A DNA stretch of 48,485 nt from positions 1 through 48,485 of the forward strand of contig JAUCBJ010008966.1 of NCBI GenBank assembly GCA_032718475.1, written 5' to 3'. The notes under the pieces were generated by a model, which was not told where the DNA came from, searched no databases, and worked only from the letters and a program-made list of their open reading frames with translations. The position numbers and the translations under genes were made by a program. This DNA is from Nemertoderma westbladi. Lineage: Eukaryota > Animalia > Xenacoelomorpha. Shown here piece by piece: positions 23,204 through 34,352 of this stretch. How positions within the stretch are numbered: position 1 is the stretch's first letter; each line of letters opens with the position of its first letter.

Positions 23204-25193
23204 CTTCCTCACGACTTCTGATTACTCACCCTTCTCATCACTCTACATCCCCGCAAGCTTTCAAAATTCAGTTTGCACTTAACTACTTTGTTGATGACAA
23301 CTTCTTTGACTCAGACCCGCTCCGCTTTCCATTCTGGTAGAACCGGTTCTCCTCTATGACGTGATCATGAGCTCTCTCTCGATCGCAGCTCTCTATTACC
23401 TTCCTCTATACAAGGAACTTCTGCTCCAGCACTTACCTTCGCTATTATCTGCCCGGCCGGTATAAAATTCGACTGGGTTCACCTCACTGCACCACATTCG
23501 GTGTGCTCCATCGACCCCTACCTCTGTCGCCCCCTGCTGTTATGGGATTATTAATGTTACCCGTAATATTATAATTATGTATATCTCTTGTCTATAATTT
23601 GCAATATATTGTTAATCATATTACTGTTTACATCATGGTGTATATCATAATGTTCGTCGGTTTGTTCTGTATTAACTGTATTATCGCACCAATGATTTGT
23701 CTGTCCATACATATCGCTTATTGATTTAGAAACAAAGCTGTAAACAGAACTGTCAATATTTTCCCGTTCCACTCCCCGAAAATCGCATCTTCACTAATTC
23801 CTTAAATTTATCCTGTTCTATAGGTCATTCCTCTAACTTTGTATTTTGTTCGGATTATTTTCTAGTTTCTTCTTCCTCTACCGCCATTCCATCTAATCTC
23901 TCTTTTACCTCTCTCGCCCTTTTTTCTCGTTTTCTCACTCTTACCACTCGTTCCTCTAATATTCTCACACGTTCCACTTACCGTTCCCCTTCCTTTCTTA
24001 CCCATTCCTCTTCCCTTCTCACTTGTTCCTTTCTCTTGGTCTGCTTCCTAATCTGCCTCTTGGTCCACTCTCAATTGTTCTTGCTCTCTATCTCGTTCTA
24101 TACTCCCTCTTTCCCCGCTGTCTAATTCCCTATTTTTCTGTATAACTTTTCTTTCTCCAAGTCTATCTCCCACTTTTGGCTCACCACATCAATTGCCACC
24201 ATCCATCTTAAAACTTTAGAGGGCGTTGACCCCGCTATACTGCTCTCTTGGGAGGCGTTTTGCACCCCCCCCCCCCCCACCCTCTTATTTACTCTCAACC
24301 CCATTTAGTTAATTGTTCTAAATAGTTATTTATCTCAGTAATCCTGCTCATCCTGCTCATTGCGACAAATGGGCTCGGGGTTTCCAACACCTCCTTGCAC
24401 GGTCACTCCCCATTTGCTGGCTGTGGCTCTTCTCCATGGCGCGCCAGCAGCTCTCGCCCCACCACGCGATCGTCCCGACTCGCTCGCTTCGTCCGTATCT
24501 ACTTTCAGGTTCCCGATGTTCATCATTGGGCCTTTATCGACTACTATTTGTAGACGATCTCGTCCTCCAGGGGTCCCCCCATAGGCTGATCGTTAGCCAT
24601 CTGGTCCCCTTCCTTCTCGCTTATTGCTTAGCTCCCTGTCTCTATTGGTACCATAGGCCTATCTGTCAGTAGTACATACCAATCTTTGAGTTTCTACTTC
24701 TACCTTTCATTCCATTCTCATCCCCGTCCTGATATCCGTTTCAGCGATAATTTGTACTGTTCAGTAGTGGAGTTGAGCCGTGCGCCGTACCGTAGGATTG
24801 CGCGACTAGCGTACTCGGGACTGGTCTTGTGCAAATCGTTCATACAGTTCAGATCGAAAGATAGTTTGATGTTTCTATAGATTATAGTATGTATATTGAT
24901 CGCTGAATAATGAGTTATAATTGATTGAATATTGCTGATATTTGATACTGATTGACTATTAAATGTTACACTAAAATGACCAGTAAGTAGTAGGTTACAA
25001 ATTAGTTCGCAATCCTATCTGATGTAATTGCACAACTAGTTGAATATTGAATACCCACAACTGATATTGGTTTGGCTATTGCCTGTACCATACTAGGCTG
25101 TGATTGGACCACCACTGTATCTGCTGATTTGTGTACAGCTGTCAACGTGGCCCTTTCTCTAACTACAGGGTGTGTCATATATTCCTACCTACA
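23204..25193 (-). mobile_element. Old degenerate BEL/Pao element, 5' part (N-terminal extension remnants and putative LTR)
   Basis: Minus-strand E/R-rich coiled-coil-like stretch at ~23860-24120, and QTNHWCD matching QTQNWCD in the young element. It is contiguous with 9185-11309 once the young insertion is removed. Confidence 0.7.
24758..25193 (-). repeat. Putative 5' LTR of the old BEL/Pao element
   Basis: The minus strand starts TGTAGG and ends GAACA. It shares ordered motifs with the young LTR (acacc, gcaat..agcca, tcagtt, caatatt, ctagtt, tcagatag). No partner LTR was found. Confidence 0.55.
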
Positions 25194-25925
25194 TTATTGC
25201 ACAATAGAAGTTTCCCGTGTGTGTTAATGAGGCTACTTTCCCCTGCTTGTGTAATAGGTTTGGTACCGACGTTTTCGTTTTCGGCACGAATGGTTTAAAG
25301 GGACTAGCCAGGGCGCATCTCTTAAATGTTGCTAATTTTTTTCCTTGTGCCCCCACGCGGGGCAATTGGTTTAATTTTTATGAAGTAAACGTCTGCGCTT
25401 TAACTTCTTCATATCAGAATTACATGATGCAACATGTCATACATGTTAAATTATCAATTTATATTGTTAGTATATTTAGTGATTAGCCAGCGATTTCCCA
25501 GCGATTATTATAAAACACATTAATTCTGAATAGATTTAAATCGTAAATTTCAACTTAAACAACTGTAACAAAAACGATAGCACTGAAGTAGTAACTAATA
25601 ACAACAAATATCACCAATAAGTTATAGAATAAATCAACACAAGATTATATTTCTTGAATAATATTGATAACTATTTATACACACATACACATAGTGTTTT
25701 AACGATTGGTCATGGCTCGTAGGTTTGCACTTTTAAGGAAACAGGCATACTGAGTTATAGTGCGGTCGTATATATATCATAACAGTTTTCATGTGGTAAG
25801 ACAATGCAGAATAGTTTCAGCGATTATTCAGATTAACAGAGGGAATAACAATACACGTTCGAACTGTGTGGATTAAAAGATTTTCAGTTTTAGAAGGCGA
25901 CCCACACTACTCAAGTTATTGGATA

Positions 25926-26582
25926 TCAGTAGAAGTCAATAGTAATTGTTACTGCCAACAGAATATAAGCAACAGCTCCAGTGAGGTGATTCGCCAAACT
26001 AGCTGTTGTGAATATTTCTGCGGTTGTCAATGGTTCTCTCTCTGTTGTTTCTGGTTCGGTTGTTACCGGATCAAACATGGGATCATTCCAATCCACGGTT
26101 CCATTGGGGAACAGATAGTCGTGTTCCCACATAGGGTCTACTACTTTGTTGCAGACTTCTGTTCCGTTGCAGCAGATGAAAATGCAACTCGGATGTGTCA
26201 GCTCGACGGTGTACTCTGAACTACCTGTCTCGTACGCGTCTCCAATAATTTTTCTACATTCCTCTTCATCGTGATCCGTGCAGCCATCAGAACGATGGCA
26301 GGTTTCTACCCTTGTATACAACAAACCTTTCGATGCTTTGTTATTCGCAGAGAATGTACCTGGCAATTGCATATAATACAGAAAGCAGTTTGTGCAACCC
26401 GTTTCATTGTAACCTGGATTTTCTTCTAACCAGCCGCCGCTATCCGGGAACGCTTCATGCTGAGCTGTCTTATAAGCAACCATGGTGTGTCGGGTCATAC
26501 ATGATACAGCCGACACATCCATAACTATCTCTGTAACTATATAAACAGCTACAAATATCATTTTCACATATTCGATATCCAT
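25926..26582 (-). CDS. Single-exon Ly6/uPAR (three-finger)-like, probably GPI-anchored surface protein
   Basis: Hydrophobic N-terminus, Cys-rich domain ending CCNGTEVCN, N-glycosylation sequons (NET, NGT twice), Thr/Glu/Pro stalk and a hydrophobic C-terminus with no cytoplasmic tail. Confidence 0.75.
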   Translation of the reverse strand: MDIEYVKMIFVAVYIVTEIVMDVSAVSCMTRHTMVAYKTAQHEAFPDSGGWLEENPGYNETGCTNCFLYYMQLPGTFSANNKASKGLLYTRVETCHRSDGCTDHDEEECRKIIGDAYETGSSEYTVELTHPSCIFICCNGTEVCNKVVDPMWEHDYLFPNGTVDWNDPMFDPVTTEPETTEREPLTTAEIFTTASLANHLTGAVAYILLAVTITIDFY

Positions 26583-27094
26583 AACTTTTGACCCTCTGAT
26601 TTGTGTTCGATATTCAGTATACCGTTTCCCAGATTATTAATACCGTTAGCTACTGTATTATAATTTTAAGAATTATAATTATTAATAATACATAATTGTT
26701 AACAATTTATTAGTTGCGTTTTGAATGATGGCCAATGTTGCTAAAGAATTTTACCAAAGAGAGGCCCTGTCACTTAAATACGAAAGACACATTATTTCAG
26801 TCGAGTGTAACCCAACACAGAAATATGATTTTCGCATTGTAGAAAATTAATACATTGAAATTCTGTAATTGTAGATGCTGGTTAAGTCTTAAGATTATAA
26901 AATAATATCGATGTTGACCAAACAAATAAAAATGATTCGATAGTTTTTATTAGGATAACTGTGATTGTTGATTGTGTCTGAAACAACCCGTTATACAGTA
27001 TAAAATGAGTTAGACAAGGCGTATTGATGTACAGCCGTAATTAGATAGTGTAAATAAAATATATAAGTTAATTTATATTCAGTCGATTTTATAC

Positions 27095-29560
27095 TGTATA
27101 GTATGTTATCCATATGTAATGTGCTTTTCAACACTCATACAATGCTTTGTGTTTTTCCCATTCAGTGCAGTTTATTGCTGTTAGTAGCTTTCAGCTATTA
27201 CATAGGCCTAGTGTACCGTGCAGAACTTGTATATTTAAGTTGCTATAAGGTGGTGGGTTCGACATGAAGTGTATTGTATCAGCTGATATTGCAATATTAA
27301 TAATTAAATATTCCTATTATTAACCAACCATGTCTGCGCTTTATATTTGGCCTTGTATATAGTACGCCGTGATTGCAGAACCCCCTATTAATGATTAAAG
27401 TCTTACACATATACAGTATGTACTGTAGCCCTATACTTACGTAATTTTTATTACGATTAGACTAGAGGATTATTCAAACATTAATAAACCTGTTAGGATA
27501 TTAGCCTGGATATTCCGATTTGTACATAATATAAAGAATCCAGAATCAATGACAAAAGGATCTTTGTCTGGTTCTGAACATAGTTATTCATTGAACTACC
27601 TTATTTCGATAGAACAACATCGCCATTATGTAAAAGAAATCAAGTCACTGAAGTCTAATTCGAATAATTTAAGTCAGAGCTCCTCCATTTGGCGCCTTCA
27701 TCCAGTAGTTATGAATAATATACTTATGATGAAGCCTCGTACCAATGAGCCTCCACTTCCTATACTTCCTTGTAGAAGTTACCTAACTAAACTTATTGTA
27801 TATGATATTCATAGTTGTATTATGCATCAAGGTGCTGAAGCAACCTTAGCTCAGGTTAGATGAAAATATTGGATACCTAACGGAAGGTCGTTGGTACGTC
27901 AGTTGATTTATAATTGCAAACCTTGTCTTCGTTACCGAGCTCAACCTTATGATACTTCAGACTCATATCTTCAGCCATTTAGAAGTCAACCAATAGTGCC
28001 ATTTACTAAATCTGAACTTGACTTTTTTGGACCCTTGAATTTAGAAAATAACACTAAGGTTCAGTGTTTATTGTTTACATGTGCAGCTACTGTACAAGAG
28101 CTGTACATCTTGAGTTGGTTGATGATGGTTCCGCAGCCAATACACATCTTACTATACGAAAATTCTTAGCCCGATGTATACCACCTTTGTATCCTGTTGA
28201 GTTATACTCAGATAATGCTCGAACATTCACCAAATTGTCAACTATGAGATTCCCAAGTCACCTTGTTACATGGAAATTCATACCAGCAAGATCCCCACAT
28301 TGGGGTGGGTGGTGGGAGCGCCTAGTTCGACTAGCCAAAACATGTTTGCGAATATCGTGTCATGGTCGTAAGTTTACGAGATCCCAGTTGGAAGCAGCTC
28401 TAGTAGAGTCTGCAGCGGTAATGAATTTGCGTCCTTAACTGCTTCTTCTGACGACCCAAATGATTCATCAGCTATAAGCCCTAGTGACTTTTTATATGGA
28501 TCTCCACCTACTGATAATGTTTTTGATTACTTTGCTGTTGATTCTAAAGTTATTCGTAACAAACTTCTACTTCGTGATCGATTTGCCAGAATATTCTGGA
28601 AACACTGGCATGAACGATACCTTGCGTCATTACGTACATGGAGAACTGTTGGTAATGATCCAAAGCGTGTGCCCTCGGTTGGAGATCTTGTATTAGTCAA
28701 GGAGAAGGCTCCCCGAGGCCAATGGCATTTAGCACGCATTATGCATTTATTCTTAAGTCGAGATAGTTCGCCACTTGCAGTTGAAATTAAACTACGTGGC
28801 CGTACAACAACGCGCTCATCTCATTTGTTGATCCCTCTCGAGAGTGACCCTGGATATACTGATAGAGTTGGGGGGTCAACCATGCCTAGCTCGACCAAGG
28901 ATAGTAATAAACAATCTAGTAGTCGTGGGGGCAAAGACACTTTACGAAAGAATGTCTCCACAACAACTGTAGTGACCCCACAACCAATACCTACACCTGT
29001 ATACACCACCTTAAAAGGTCGCGTTATTAGGAAACCTCAAAAACTGGGAATACCCTAAGATGGAAAACAAACTTTTTATAACAAGAAATTTTTTATCCTG
29101 AGATTGAAAGAAAACTTTATATCGCAATGAATTTTTTGCGACGTGGGGGGATGCATAGTACGTTATCCATTTATGTAATGTGCTTTACAACACTCTCATA
29201 CAATGCTTTGTGTTTTTCCTATTCAGTGCAGTTTATTGCTGTTGTAGCTTTCAGCTATTACATAGGCCTAGCGTATAATAATCTAGCTTATATAGCTTGT
29301 ATATTTAAGTTGCTATAAGGTGGTGGGTTTGACATGAAGTGTATTGTATCAGCTGATAATGCAATATTAATAATTAAATATTCCTATTATTAACCAACCA
29401 TGTCTGCGCTTTATATGTGGCTTTGTATATAGTAGGCCTTGATTGCAGAACCCTATTAATGATTAAAGTCTTACACATATACAGTATGTAGCCCTACTTA
29501 CGTAATTTTTATAATAAAACCTTAGTATATTAATTTGTGGTGGCAAACTTCTATAAAACA
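27095..29560 (+). mobile_element. Second BEL/Pao-family LTR element, internally deleted (LTR copies 27095-~27453 and 29152-~29560)
   Basis: Direct repeats of ~360 bp starting tg(t/c)atagta, with a PPT-like GGGGGGA before 29152. The 5' LTR is fused directly to the pre-integrase region. The TSD and right end were not resolved. Confidence 0.88.
27452..29058 (+). pseudogene. BEL/Pao integrase remnant
   Basis: H2C2 finger (IHSCIMHQG...CKPC), LDFFGP, RAVHLELV, SDNARTF, WKFIPARSPHWGGWWERLVR and VGDLVLVKE..PRGQW, with stops and frameshifts. Confidence 0.92.
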
Positions 29561-32500
29561 AAACATGAATTTGCCGTTTCCTAATATCTATTGAATCTGA
29601 TACATATTTGTGCCAATTTTATTTACATTTCTCTATAAATCAATGTTTGTGCTAATTAGTGTTTCTGCTTGTCCTTGTACCGGTAACTCTTAAATTTTGA
29701 CTTTTAATTTTGACTGGCTGGCTGATGTTGTATGCCACTTCAAGATCTTCCTTAGCTTTCTCAACCTTACAGAGGAGGGGGGGTGGGGTGGGGGCCTGGA
29801 CGCAATAAAAATTTAATTTAAATTTAAAATTTAAAAATTTAATTCTTTTTTATATTATTCTGGTATATTGAATCGGTGGAATGAATGGTCTTCATTCATT
29901 GACTGAAGTGCTTCAAAGCGGTTTTGAACTTCTACTGTGTATCTGTACTGTGTACTGTGTATCCTTTACTGCATTGTCAGTTCTGAGTTTCTCCCAGTCA
30001 TAGTTGATTCGCTTACTTGTCATGATGGGTTAGCTGGCTATCAAACTGAGTCTGATCTCTGCAGTCACGATTCTGTGGTCCGAACTAATTATGTACGAAT
30101 GGAGAATGTATTTAGGTAGAATTAATTAGTGTACTTTAAATAATTTATCTAACAACATAAGACAGGTTCGTTTAAAGTCAAACTTTTTGAATGGTTTTTA
30201 AAGACTCAAAAATACCATATTGACGCCCCTTTCAGTAGGCGCCTAAGGGCAAGTAACCCTCCTACCCTCTACAATTCTAACTGTTGTTGCCTATAAAACA
30301 ACGTAAAATTAATGCTACAATGATAAATATCATGTCCATTCACATAGTTTGTATAAACTTTATGCTGGAAACAATTAACAATTACAGTAAGAATTATTGA
30401 TTATGCCTCTGTCAGTACTACTGTAGATGCATGGGATGCTGATATTGCAGTTGAATATGAGTTTTATGCGACATACATTTCCTCCCTTAGGTTCCATAAC
30501 TATTAACACGTTAAGCGCGGGAGCAAAACCATGTGTGTGTTGGGCCGTTACTGCGTTATGTGCACCGGTGCGCATTGTATGGTACAAATTAATGGAAATG
30601 TTGTAGTATTAATGGTATAAATTCCTTGGTGTGCATTTAGCAAATCACACTTAGTGCGATTTGCGCACCGGTGCACATGCTGTTACTGGTCCTGAAGTGC
30701 GACATTCGCACCCGCGCTCATTTTTTGACTTCATTTTAATCATTGATGTTAATTGTTTCGCATTTCGCCATCATGGTTATGACTCAGCTTTAGGCAATAA
30801 TTCTACAATAAACTACATCTCAGTAGCTGCTCCCAATCTATAGTTATCCACTAATGCAGTATTGCACAATAGTCCAATTTATATATGAGATCACTTTGGG
30901 TTTTAGATAAGTTTTGGTTTTGGATCCGATTTTGATTTATTTCTCTCGAATTTGTAGATCAATGCAACTACTTACAACAATGTACGTACAAACCAATAAT
31001 CTTACTAATAGCCAACGACTACTAGACTAGTTATTTGAATTTTATTTACAGAGACAAACAGGATGGAATGATAATGCCGAGAAACTTCGTGGGAGAATTT
31101 GTTAAATTGCGTCGAGAAATTCAATTGTTGATTCTAGAAAAATAAACTTAACCGAGCCAAATCGCTACTGTCTCCCTATTCTTATAAGAATTCCTTACAC
31201 AAACAACTCGTATAGCCTACCTTTTATTTGTTTATAACGTAATGTTTTCATATTATTCAGCCTTATAAATTTAAATTAATTTTTTATATATGTATATTTT
31301 GTTTCGCAAGATGTTTTTATTCGCTCCAATGGATGTATTCCTTATTAATTGCAGTAATGGATTTCTCGTGCCTCTTGGTACGATAAGCTCCTAAAACGGA
31401 TTTGAATCTCAAAAGGTTCCAAGAAGTGCTATCTTTCCTCTTATTGTTTTGGTTCCCGGCCGTCATAAAAATATTTCCCACTAGAACACGGTCCTTCAAT
31501 GACTTGTTATTTACGGACATCCACAACCCTTCAAGATAGTGCAAAGACACAGCGATTTCTGTTCTACCCAAGATGAATATTGCTCCCTTCTGGCATATAA
31601 AAATAGTGTACTGTAACACCATATAAAATCCTCTGGGATGAGGAAAAAGAGAAACCGGGTGAGGGGTGCTTTGGGTCCGTTAGGATCCAAAAAGTATAGC
31701 CTCAAAAAATCAAAATAATCCAAATTATACAGAAAAATACAGTATTTTTAGTCGTTTCGTTCAACTAAAAATACTCTGAAAAAATACAACACAAAGTCGT
31801 GAAAAATAGTCTATGGGCAGTGAAAAAGTCTTAGAATAAAGGTTTTGGAAAATCGTAGAAAATCTCAGGTTATGAAAAAGTCTTAATAAACTTGTTGCAG
31901 CTTCACGTTATTGGAACTTGGCGATAGTGCAGAACACCAGGTTACCGTCTGAGTCCAAACAGGGGTGGGACCGATTGGACGCAAATGGTTAGCTGTTACT
32001 TTGCCCACAAAACTATACCGTCGAACCTGGCGAGTCTGGGATGAACTGTATAGCCAGCGGACAGACTGCACAAGCACCACCGTAACTGACAAGAGTTGAA
32101 GCCTATAGAAACACTGCTACTTTGCCCCCAAAACTAAATAGTCGGTACGGGGATGAACTAAGTAGCCATTGGACAGAGTGCGCAAGCACTCTGAGGCTAG
32201 TTAGCCAGAGATCTCAATCCTTGGCGGTAACGTCTTACCTTCCCAGCTACCACAAACCCGCTAAGGCTGGCCTGGGAAGAAATAAGTCCAATACCTTGGA
32301 GCAGAGCTCACTTTAAGGCTAGTCAGCTAAAACTCAATCATTGGCAGACAGGGTGACATTTCCCCAATACAATATCCGCAATATAGACAACCAAGAACAA
32401 AGAGGATTCGACGAAGAGAGTGGGGTGGGAGGTGGGACGAGCTAGAAGGGGGGAAGATGGGAGAGATGAGAAGGGTACAGGGGATGCGTTGAACTAAGTA

Positions 32501-32587
32501 GGGCACGGGCATGATGACGTGTTTGATGCAAGAGCAGGGTATGTTAATTAGGGTGGGTGCCGGGCACAAGTGGTGCTGGGCACAAGA

Positions 32588-32705
32588 AGTTAGTGGAGTT
32601 AGTTGAGTTAGTAAGAGTTAGTAGTAGAGTTAGTTGAGTTAGTAAGAGTTAGTTGAGAGTTAGTTGAGTTAGTAAGAGTTAGTAGAGAGTTAGTTGAGTT
32701 AGTTG
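32588..32705 (+). repeat. GAGTTAGT-type simple repeat, followed by a short 'gataagatgtaaaggtagatgtagagga' repeat at ~32760-32890
   Basis: Directly visible. Confidence 0.85.
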
Positions 32706-32893
32706 TTCACATAATTAACATACCCACTTTTACAGCACTCAGAGCGTCATGTGCAGGTGAGAAGATGTAAAGGGGATAAGATGTAAAGGTAGGTGTAGAG
32801 GAGATAAGATGTAAAGGTAGATGTAGAGGAGATAAGATGTAGATAGAGTAAAGGAAGTAGATGCAGAGATAGTTGCAAAGGAAGTAGATAGAG

Positions 32894-33030
32894 GCGGGAG
32901 ATTCCTAAAGAAACGGTCTACCTGTACTCAATTATTGGAATGTACAACTGAACTGAAATTGCACCAATCAGTTCAGTTGTACATTCCAATAATTGAGTAC
33001 AGGTAGACCGTTTCTTTAGGAATCTCCCGC
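32894..33030. repeat. Perfect 63-bp hairpin with an 11-nt loop
   Basis: 32894-32956 is the exact reverse complement of 32968-33030. Confidence 0.95.
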
Positions 33031-34352
33031 AATATTCATCTTGGGAAGAACAGAAATCGCTGTGTCTTTGCACCATCTTGAAGGGTTGTGGATGTCCGTA
33101 AATAACAAGTCATTGAAGGACCGTGTTCTAGTGGGAAATATTTTTATGACGGCCGGGAACCAAAACAATAAGGGGAAAGATAGCACTTCTTGGTACCTTT
33201 TGAGATTCAAAGCCGTTTTAGGAGCTTATCGTGCCAAGAGGCACGAGAAATCCATTACTGCAATTAATAAGGAATACTTCCATTGGAGCGAATAAAAACA
33301 TCTTGCGAAACAAAATATACATATATAAAAAATTAATTTAAATTTATAAGGCTGAATAATATGAAAACATTACGTTATCAACAAATAAAAGGTAGGCTAT
33401 ACGAGTTGTTTGTGTAAGGAATTCTTATAAGAATAGGGAGACAGTGCCAAGTTTCGACACCAATAAAGTAACAGATCTGGTCCCGGTAAATTATTAAAAC
33501 ATTCTCACATTCGACGTGTTCTACCCAGTGAATTCCAGTATTTTGCAATAAGTGAACTCCAAGTGTTAGGCCATCTGCACTCGTCGTTTTTTAAATAGCT
33601 TAGGGAGCCGATTTCGTGTTTAATGTTTTGGTTATTCCCGCGTGGCTTATAGATTCGAACAGTTAGCTTTCTGTTGAGCGATCAACAGAGAAAGGAGTGA
33701 GCGATTATTTGGAGCCGTATAGTAAATAATAGTAAAACATATTAGCGGACGGCCCGGTCAGCGCCACTTAGCGGTAAGAAGCAACTTTGTGTTTTTGCTG
33801 CTTGCGGACGCTGTATTGTTCAATAGTAAGAACCAGCTCCTGATCTCTCTTGTTTAACATACACTGACTTGTATCTAAATTCTGACTAGTAACCTAATTT
33901 TTTACATTTCAGCTTTGAAAAATATCGCAAAATTTTGTATTTGAAAAATCCCCCCAAATACAGAACATTGGCGGGAATGTTTGAAACTCTCATAACTTCA
34001 AATTCGATTTCCTCAAAACTTTGTTAATATTTATTTGGTCATAAGACTGCTAATTTTCAAAACTTATTCTTGACAACACGTTATTGGATTTAAAATCTGT
34101 GCTCAGTGTTCGATTCAGCATAAAAATGTGTATTAGAATGATAAAAAACAAATTTATTTTTTGTAACCGTAGGTCGGTTTCTTGATCAAACCTTACATAC
34201 AGTATTTTAACATTGTTTAATTTGATTCACTTTGATTAGATGCGTTAATTTTGAGTCTGCACCCCCCTTTCTGGCTCTGTCCCGTGAAATCCTGGCTACG
34301 GCACTGCTTTGGTCAAATACCATGATTATTCTTTCAAAGTTTTGTAAATCGA

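Larger units (their letters stand above)
31167..33445. repeat. Long inverted repeat/foldback (arms 31167-31582 and 33029-33445)
   Basis: Arms of ~415 bp are near-identical reverse complements. The ORF track shows almost the same peptide on opposite strands (31317-31622 - and 33041-33295 +). Confidence 0.93.

Noticed and set aside
30502-30750. Possible decayed piggyBac-type MITE (TTAACACGTT start, internal inverted tgcgcaccggtgcacat)
   Set aside because: The right terminus is only partly matched, so boundaries cannot be supported.
31317-33295. Pair of near-identical small proteins on opposite strands
   Set aside because: This is a by-product of the inverted repeat, with no domain evidence.
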